From the NCBI GenBank assembly GCA_964406075.1, contig CAYOQI010000001.1, positions 133,015-197,014 of the forward strand: a stretch of DNA of 64,000 bases. Reading direction: 5' to 3'. The translations under genes were made by a program, and so were the position numbers. The DNA is from an uncultured Pseudomonadales bacterium (GTDB taxonomy: Bacteria; Patescibacteriota; Microgenomatia; UBA1400; PJMF01). The notes below the pieces were generated by a model that was given only the letters and a program-made list of their open reading frames with translations, did no database searches and had not been told where the DNA came from. Every line of letters starts with the position of its first letter. Position 1 is the stretch's first letter. Shown here in pieces: positions 20,567-27,296 of the stretch.

Positions 20567-21699
20567 TCTGCTGTGATTCGAAGTCTTTTTTTGACTTCAT
20601 TTCTAAACGCTGTTATTTCTACAACTTCATATACCCATTGATCATACTTGGGAACAGGAGGATGTGTAATAACGCCCTCCGAAATTGGAGTCTTAATAGG
20701 AATTGTAGAGGGAGTAAACTCCAATGTATACAATTTGTTTCCCATCAATTTGGCCAGACTAATTCCATGGGTCATCGGGAAAAAAGAATTGAGATCTTGG
20801 TTGTAAATCGAGAAAAGTTTTCCGAGTGTCTGAGGCTGTTTCACTAATTCAGGATCTTTGATTTTTTGTATTAAGGCTGAAATAATTTCTTGCTGTCGTT
20901 GATTACGCGCATCATCCGTTCCAACTTCTAAATCCTGACTTTTACGACTTCGCATATACTTCAAAGCTCGTTCTCCCGTCATCTTTTCGATTCCTTTCTT
21001 GAACTCGACCGTTTCATAGAGTTTTGCGGGATCAGTTTCCGTTCGGATATCTACATCAGTCCGAGGAAATCTTTCATCTGTAAATTCTTTTTGAATAAAA
21101 ATATCAAGACCGCCAACTGCGTCAATAACTTCAGCCACCGTATCTAAGGATAAGACAATGGAATAATGAATCGGAACATCCATTAATTCTGAAAGCACTT
21201 GTGTAGTAAAAAGTTCCGGGGAGTCAGGTGTCCTCTCATTTCCATACCAATACAAGGAATTCACTTTGGTTTGATACTCAGGAATCCAAAGATCTCGTGG
21301 CAAACTCAAGGCCGAAAGTTCGCCACTTTGAGTATTTAAAGACAACACCATTAATGTGTCGGTGAAAATAGGATCACCCGTTCGGTTCGCCAATTCATCT
21401 GTTCCAAGCAAAAGAATATTTACTCTTCCATCATCCATTTTTGCTTGAGTATTCCAACCTTCACGTGCCAGTGATATCAGTTCCTGATTGGAAACATGTG
21501 CTTCAGCGGTAAAAGCTTGAAGATAATTTCCAACTTTTATCCCGAAGTATCCAACAACTGTAGCGATGGATAAGATGAAAACCAGTCCAATAATCAGTAA
21601 CCAGAAAATGAGCGGACGTGCTGGATGAGCAGGAGTAATAAGGACAGGTGTTTTATCAATACCCTTACCTGTCTCTTTCTTTTTTGGCATAAAAAACAT
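20563..21699 (-). CDS. LytR-CpsA-Psr (LCP) family glycopolymer-to-cell-wall ligase
   Basis: N-terminal TM, then RVNILLLGTDE...TDTLMVLSLN...LSLPRDLW. The true start may be the second ATG at 21690 (MPKKKE...). Confidence 0.85.
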   Translation of the reverse strand: MFFMPKKKETGKGIDKTPVLITPAHPARPLIFWLLIIGLVFILSIATVVGYFGIKVGNYLQAFTAEAHVSNQELISLAREGWNTQAKMDDGRVNILLLGTDELANRTGDPIFTDTLMVLSLNTQSGELSALSLPRDLWIPEYQTKVNSLYWYGNERTPDSPELFTTQVLSELMDVPIHYSIVLSLDTVAEVIDAVGGLDIFIQKEFTDERFPRTDVDIRTETDPAKLYETVEFKKGIEKMTGERALKYMRSRKSQDLEVGTDDARNQRQQEIISALIQKIKDPELVKQPQTLGKLFSIYNQDLNSFFPMTHGISLAKLMGNKLYTLEFTPSTIPIKTPISEGVITHPPVPKYDQWVYEVVEITAFRNEVKKRLRITAE

Positions 21700-21703
21700 T
21701 ATA
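21698..21703 (-). promoter_or_regulatory. -10 box TATAAT, 7 nt upstream of ATG 21690 (leaderless-type geometry)
   Basis: The minus strand reads TATAAT-gtttttt-ATG. No Shine-Dalgarno. Confidence 0.35.
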
Positions 21704-21740
21704 TAGCGTTAAAAGCCTAAATTGCTGAATTGTTCAGATC

Positions 21741-21749
21741 TGATAAAAT
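21741..21749 (+). promoter_or_regulatory. Extended -10 box TGaTAAAAT, 6 nt upstream of the HIT ATG
   Basis: TGATAAAAT-gattcc-ATG(21756). No Shine-Dalgarno. Confidence 0.4.
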
Positions 21750-21755
21750 GATTCC

Positions 21756-22223
21756 ATGTCAAACGATTGCATTTTTTGTCAAATAGTCGCAGGGAAAATA
21801 CCTTCTTATCAAGTTTGGGAAGATGAAAAACATCTGGCTTTTCTCACTATTTTTCCTAACACAGATGGAGTGACAGTTGTGATTCCGAAAGAACATAAAA
21901 ATAGTTATCTTTTTGCAAATGAAGATGTGGTCATTCAAGATCTACTCAAAGCAGCAAAAGTCGTTGCTCAAAAAATTGATACCGCCTTTGATGATGTCGG
22001 AAGGACTGGATTGATTTTTGAGGGCTTTGGAGTAGATCATCTGCATGCCAAGCTTTACCCTATGCACGGGACTAAACACACAATTGATCATTGGGAGAAC
22101 ATTGCAAATTCGAAACCAACCGAATTTTTTGACCGCTATCCTGGATACCTCTCCTCACATGACTGTGACAAAGAGGATGACGCGAAACTCAAACAAATAG
22201 CGGAGAGAATAAAAAAAGCCTGA
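21756..22223 (+). CDS. HIT family protein (variant triad)
   Basis: CIFCQIVAGKIP...VVIPKEH. The triad region reads VDHLHAKLYP, i.e. HxHxK rather than HxHxH. Confidence 0.8.
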   Translation: MSNDCIFCQIVAGKIPSYQVWEDEKHLAFLTIFPNTDGVTVVIPKEHKNSYLFANEDVVIQDLLKAAKVVAQKIDTAFDDVGRTGLIFEGFGVDHLHAKLYPMHGTKHTIDHWENIANSKPTEFFDRYPGYLSSHDCDKEDDAKLKQIAERIKKA

Positions 22224-22247
22224 TCATTTCATTATCCACAAACTAAG

Positions 22248-22354
22248 TGTCATCCTGAATTCGACTGACGATAGGAAGATCGAGTGAAGGATCTGTTAAC
22301 AGCAAAACTAAATTTAACCTCTTCACAGATTCCTCGGAGTACCTCGGAATGACA
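22248..22354. repeat. Palindromic repeat copy A (TGTCATCCTGA...CCTCGGAATGACA)
   Basis: 107 bp. The outer arms TGTCATCCTGA and CCTCGGAATGACA are an imperfect inverted pair. The inner arms GGATCTGT/ACAGATTC pair with one mismatch. About 80% alignable to copy B. Confidence 0.8.
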
Positions 22355-22360
22355 ATTCAA

Positions 22361-22651
22361 TTAACTATTCCATTCGACATATAAATCTTTCAACCTTGGA
22401 TTCTCCTCCTTAATTAGCTCTAACTTTTTGTTTCTATTCCAACCTTTTAACTCCTTTTCTCTTTCGATTGCTTGATTAATTGATGAATATTCTTCAATAT
22501 AGACAAGTTTACTAATGTTGTACTTGGCAGTAAAACTATTTGGATAAATTTTCTCTTTGTGCTCCCAAATTCTCCCTTCTAAATCGCCTGTCACTCCAAT
22601 GTAAGTTTTATTTGAAATACTCATCATGATGTAAATGAAATATTTTTTCAC
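22361..22651 (-). CDS. GIY-YIG nuclease family protein (small, YhbQ/COG2827-like)
   Basis: 96 aa with a GTG start. YFIYIMMSISNKTYIGVTGDLEGRIWEHK...REKELKGWNRNKK. Confidence 0.85.
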   Translation of the reverse strand: MKKYFIYIMMSISNKTYIGVTGDLEGRIWEHKEKIYPNSFTAKYNISKLVYIEEYSSINQAIEREKELKGWNRNKKLELIKEENPRLKDLYVEWNS

Positions 22652-22675
22652 TGAAAAAAACTATATCAAAAAGTA

Positions 22676-22766
22676 TGTCATCCTGAGGAGGTACGACGAA
22701 GAATCTGTTAACAGTAAAACTGATTTTTGCCTTAATACAGATTCCTCAGATTACCTCGGAATGGCA
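22676..22766. repeat. Palindromic repeat copy B
   Basis: 91 bp, in the same orientation as copy A: TGTCATCCTGAGG...GAAGAATCTGTTAACAGTAAAACT...ACAGATTCCTCAGATTACCTCGGAATGGCA. Confidence 0.8.
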
Positions 22767-22772
22767 TATAAT
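22767..22772 (+). promoter_or_regulatory. -10 box TATAAT, 6 nt upstream of the helicase ATG
   Basis: TATAAT-acgtga-ATG(22779). No Shine-Dalgarno. It directly abuts repeat copy B. Confidence 0.4.
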
Positions 22773-22778
22773 ACGTGA

Positions 22779-25700
22779 ATGGTTAAAACCACCTCAGAAT
22801 TCGAACGAGCTTATTCCAGACTAAATAAGGAACAAAGTACAGCTGTCGATCAAATCGATGGTCCGGTGATGGTTATTGCTGGACCAGGAACTGGAAAAAC
22901 CCAAGTGCTCGCAACTCGTATCGCCAATATTTTGATTAAAACTGATACCAATCCCTACGCGATTTTAGCAATGACATTTTCGGAATCTGGGGCTCAAGCC
23001 ATGAAGAAACGTCTGATTTCTTTGATTGGTCAAACCGCGTATTCGGTTCGAATTCAAACTTTTCACAGTTTTTGTACTGACGTGATTAAAGAAAATCCTG
23101 AGTATTTTACCCATTTAGATAACAGGGAAATTTTGGCTGAGTTCGAACGGTTCCAAATTTTCCAACAGATTTTGAGAAAAGGAAGATTTGAATGGATCAA
23201 ACCTGCAGGCAAGCCGGAGATGTACATCAGAACACTGAATCAAAAAATTCAAGAACTGAAACGTGAAGGTGTCATCCCTGATGCATTTGAGCGTATTCTC
23301 CAAGAAGAAGAGGCTTGGATGGAAATAAATGAATCAGAAATGAAAAAAACTGAGCTGGCTCAAAGAAAAAAGAACCTCGGAAAATTGAAAGAGTTATTGG
23401 AAGTATATCGTGCCTACGAACAACAATTGGTTGAACTTGGTCGATACGATTTTGAAGACATGATTATTCAAACGATTAAAGCGTTTAAAGAACATGAACT
23501 TTTATTGAGAACATATCAGGAGCGTTTTCAGTATTTTTTGATCGACGAATATCAGGACACCAATTCGGCTCAAAATCAGATTTTGGATTTACTTGCTGAA
23601 TATTGGGGAGATCAGGCGAATGTCTTTGTAGTCGGTGATCCACATCAATCAATTTATCGGTTTCAAGGTGCATCACTAGAAAACACCTATGGATTTTTCC
23701 AACGCTATCCACAGGCAACAGTGATTACTCTAAGGGAAAACTATCGTAGTTCACAATCTATTTTGGACTCAGCCCAGTCACTAATTTCAAATAACCCTCC
23801 TCCACCAAAGTCACTTCCAGTAGAACTCCAGCACAATTTACATTCACAGTATGGAACTGGCATAAAAATTGAGTTGTACAAACCACCATCACAAACTGTC
23901 GAACATCTTTTTATCGCCCATACAATTCAAGATTTAATAAAAAATGGAACCAAACCATCGGAAATCGCCGTTCTTTTCCGAGACAATGCGGAAGCTCAAC
24001 CGATCGCCCACGTGCTGAGTCAGCGAGATGTTCCCTATCACGTGGAAGCCGGCCAGAATATTCTGCAAGAACCAGTGATTCAGCAACTGCTTAATCTCTT
24101 CCTTATTCTTCGCGACATTACTGGTCAACACGATGATCAACTACTTTTTACTGTCTTTAACTACAACTGGATCGGATTAGATGCCAAAGTTCTTTTTAAA
24201 CTCTCCCGTTTTGCCTACGAACATAAAACCACTATTTTTGATTCAATTAATAAGCAAGAACTACGAAATGAGTTTCTTTTAACATTAGAAGAAACGTCGA
24301 AACTTGAGTTTGAAAAATTTCCTCAATTCATAGAAAAAATGATTTTGTGGCATCGACTCGATGCACAAACCCCACTTCCACTTTGGTTCGAATCAGTGAT
24401 CAATGAATCCGGTTATCTTCAGTACATCATTACGGGCGAAGATATTGTCAATAAATTAACTCGTTTGAATACTTTATTTTCAGAAATAAAACGACAAGTG
24501 TTTGGAAATCATCAATTAAGGCTTGCTGATTTTTTGATCAACATTGAAACCATGATGGCACACAAACTTTCTTTAACAGTGGAAGAAATTACACAGCAAC
24601 GTGAAGCCGTAAAACTTATAACTGCACATAAATCAAAAGGTTTGGAATGGACATATGTATTTGTGACTGGATTAATCGATGGAAAATGGGGAAATAAAAA
24701 AAGTAAAGATATGATTCCGCTCCCTGAGCGAATACTTCATCATACGAAAGTGGCTGATATTGATCCCAATGAAGACGATCGTCGATTGCTCTATGTCGCT
24801 GTGACACGTGCGAAAAAACAACTCTATTTAACTTCTCCATTAACTACTCAAAACGCTGAACAAATTTCTCGAGAAAAACTCCCCACCTTATTTATGTCGG
24901 AATTTCCAGAAGAAAAAATGCATGAAAACTCCTCGTTTTTATCTGAGGAACAAGTCCAACATCAGCTCACCCAAGTCTTTATTCCTCTTTCAAATACTTC
25001 CGATCAAGATGATGATCCTGAATTTTTAAACAATTTAATTGAACGTTTTGCGCTTTCTTCAACCTCTCTGAACACCTATCTCGAATGTGCCTATAAATTT
25101 AAATTACTCCAACTCTACCGTGTTCCTCGTTCCAAAGCTCCTCATTTGTCCTATGGAACCGCCATCCATAAAGCACTAGAAAAATTTGTAATTGAGTATC
25201 GAAAAAAGAATGAAGTTCCAACGTTGGATTATGTCTTAAATGAATTTCAAGATTGCTTACGAAAAGAACTGATCAATGAAGAAGACGTCATTACTTGGTT
25301 GGCAAAAGGTCAAAAGACCTTAACAAAGTTTTATGAAGAACAACTTATAAACATGCCTATTCCATTTGCCGTTGAAAAATCCTTTGGAAATGGAGTTTCC
25401 CAACCGATGCTGGATGACATTCGACTCAAAGGAAAAATGGATAAATTAGAGTGGATTGATAAAGTTAAAAAAACAGTCCGAGTAGTGGATTACAAAACTG
25501 GTCAACCAAAAAGTCGAAATGCAATCGAAGGAAAAACTCAGGAAGCAGATGGTTCTTATAAACGCCAGATTTTATTTTATAAATTACTCGCCGATCTCGA
25601 TCCGAGTTTTTCGGCATTTCTTGAAGAAGCAGAGTTTGTATTTGTCGAAACAAGTCCCAGTGGAAAGTATGTCTCACACCGATTTAATTTTATCGAAAAT

Positions 25701-25874
25701 GAAGTCAATGATTTAAAACAAGAAATTACAGACACCATGGCCAAAATTCGTGATCATCAATTTGCTCGAACCACCAACTACTCAATCTGTGCAGATTGCG
25801 AGCTAAACAAACATTGTTGGCCAGAAGGGATTCCGGAGAAACCTGTTGCATTAATTGAAAAACACGTCGACTAA
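22779..25874 (+). CDS. UvrD/PcrA-type SF1 helicase fused to a C-terminal Cas4/AddB-like PD-(D/E)XK nuclease
   Basis: 1031 aa. Helicase blocks AGPGTGKTQV, FLIDEYQDTN, ENYRSSQSI, HKSKGLEW and YVAVTRAKKQLYL. Nuclease blocks GKMDKLE...VVDYKTG and QILFYKLL. Cys ligands C(AYKF)...CADCELNKHC. Confidence 0.85.
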   Translation: MVKTTSEFERAYSRLNKEQSTAVDQIDGPVMVIAGPGTGKTQVLATRIANILIKTDTNPYAILAMTFSESGAQAMKKRLISLIGQTAYSVRIQTFHSFCTDVIKENPEYFTHLDNREILAEFERFQIFQQILRKGRFEWIKPAGKPEMYIRTLNQKIQELKREGVIPDAFERILQEEEAWMEINESEMKKTELAQRKKNLGKLKELLEVYRAYEQQLVELGRYDFEDMIIQTIKAFKEHELLLRTYQERFQYFLIDEYQDTNSAQNQILDLLAEYWGDQANVFVVGDPHQSIYRFQGASLENTYGFFQRYPQATVITLRENYRSSQSILDSAQSLISNNPPPPKSLPVELQHNLHSQYGTGIKIELYKPPSQTVEHLFIAHTIQDLIKNGTKPSEIAVLFRDNAEAQPIAHVLSQRDVPYHVEAGQNILQEPVIQQLLNLFLILRDITGQHDDQLLFTVFNYNWIGLDAKVLFKLSRFAYEHKTTIFDSINKQELRNEFLLTLEETSKLEFEKFPQFIEKMILWHRLDAQTPLPLWFESVINESGYLQYIITGEDIVNKLTRLNTLFSEIKRQVFGNHQLRLADFLINIETMMAHKLSLTVEEITQQREAVKLITAHKSKGLEWTYVFVTGLIDGKWGNKKSKDMIPLPERILHHTKVADIDPNEDDRRLLYVAVTRAKKQLYLTSPLTTQNAEQISREKLPTLFMSEFPEEKMHENSSFLSEEQVQHQLTQVFIPLSNTSDQDDDPEFLNNLIERFALSSTSLNTYLECAYKFKLLQLYRVPRSKAPHLSYGTAIHKALEKFVIEYRKKNEVPTLDYVLNEFQDCLRKELINEEDVITWLAKGQKTLTKFYEEQLINMPIPFAVEKSFGNGVSQPMLDDIRLKGKMDKLEWIDKVKKTVRVVDYKTGQPKSRNAIEGKTQEADGSYKRQILFYKLLADLDPSFSAFLEEAEFVFVETSPSGKYVSHRFNFIENEVNDLKQEITDTMAKIRDHQFARTTNYSICADCELNKHCWPEGIPEKPVALIEKHVD

Positions 25875-27256
25875 TCATCAAACGGAAGTGGACTATCTGC
25901 AATCATATTTTTATTTCTCAACCTAGTGTGTTGTTTCTTGGCAAAACGATGAGCTTCATCACGAATTTGTTGAAGCAGGCGTAAAGTCGGGTGATCTTCT
26001 TGAAATAAAACGAAGTGATATTTGAGATTTTCTAAACTTTGCTCAGTCGGATTTTCAAATACAGGAATGACTAACCGATCAGGATTTTTTACTAAAGACA
26101 CGACGGGAACTTGCCAATTCCAAACTGATAATGCTGATCTCAGCTGGCCTCGTCCGCCATCAATAACAATTAAACTCGGCATCCCCCACTCAGGATGTTT
26201 TTGACGACGCATGATCGCCTCCTTCATCATGTGATAATCGTTTGGAGTGTTCAAAGTACGAATATTAAATAATCGATAATTTTCTTTGTCCGGTTTTCCT
26301 TCCGTAAAGGTCACCATCGACACTGTCGCATTTTTCCCTTGAATATTACTGACATCAAATCCTTCAATTCGGTGAAGTGGGTAATCTTTTGAAAGTGAAT
26401 AGAATTGTCGAATTTCTTTTCGTAAATGAAGCAAGCCCTCTTGGCCTAAGGTTTCATTGAGCTTAGGAAGTTGTAAATCAGGTTTGAGTTGGAACGTCGG
26501 CTTCATGAATGTTTCGATTAAATGAATTGCATCTCTATATTCTGCTGCTCGTTCATAATCCATTTCTTCCGATGCAACTTTCATCGCAACTTTGAATTCT
26601 GATAACACTTCATGTGTTTTCCCTTTGAGAAATTTCTTCAGTCGTTCAATCGAAGATTGATAATCCTCAACTGAAATCTTCGCAATACAAGCGCCAGAAC
26701 ATCGATCAATATGATGATAAAAACATGGTTTCAAAACGCCTTGTTGAAAATTTAACGGTCGATCACACCACTTAAAAATAGGTCGTACAATTTTCAAAAT
26801 TTGCTTCGTTCGATAGGCACTTTGAAAAGGTCCGAAAATTTGAGAAGACGGAATTTTATTAACCGTAGTGAGGCGTTTGATTTCTTTTTTTCGAATTGAT
26901 TTAACAAGAGGATACTCATCATTTGTTAAATAAATATACAGAGGCGTTTTATCATCTTTCAGTAAAACGTTGTACGGAGGCTGGTGAAGTTTAATCAACT
27001 CCGCTTCGACCAACAATGCAGTTAATTCATTAATCTGAGGTTCATACTTCAATCGTTTGGCTTCCAAAACCATCCGTTTGGTTTTGCCAAAAACTTGATT
27101 CAGTTGAGTGTAGGAAGCCAGACGATTTTTTAAATCTTTTGCTTTTCCGACATACAACACTTTCCCATCTTCACCCATAAACCAATACACCCCGGGAAGG
27201 TGTGGAGAGTTCTGATAGAATTCCAGCCATTTCAAGGCTTTTTCCTTATCGGTCAT
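25871..27256 (-). CDS. uvrC: Excinuclease ABC subunit C (short form)
   Basis: GIY-YIG N-terminus PGVYWFMGEDGKVLYVGKAKDLKNRL, UVR motif YERAAEYRDAI and endonuclease domain IEGFDVSNIQG. At 461 aa it ends before the usual (HhH)2 domain. Confidence 0.9.
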   Translation of the reverse strand: MTDKEKALKWLEFYQNSPHLPGVYWFMGEDGKVLYVGKAKDLKNRLASYTQLNQVFGKTKRMVLEAKRLKYEPQINELTALLVEAELIKLHQPPYNVLLKDDKTPLYIYLTNDEYPLVKSIRKKEIKRLTTVNKIPSSQIFGPFQSAYRTKQILKIVRPIFKWCDRPLNFQQGVLKPCFYHHIDRCSGACIAKISVEDYQSSIERLKKFLKGKTHEVLSEFKVAMKVASEEMDYERAAEYRDAIHLIETFMKPTFQLKPDLQLPKLNETLGQEGLLHLRKEIRQFYSLSKDYPLHRIEGFDVSNIQGKNATVSMVTFTEGKPDKENYRLFNIRTLNTPNDYHMMKEAIMRRQKHPEWGMPSLIVIDGGRGQLRSALSVWNWQVPVVSLVKNPDRLVIPVFENPTEQSLENLKYHFVLFQEDHPTLRLLQQIRDEAHRFAKKQHTRLRNKNMIADSPLPFDD

Positions 27257-27296
27257 AGACTAAGTGTATCGTATTTTATGGAAGATTTCGCGAAGA

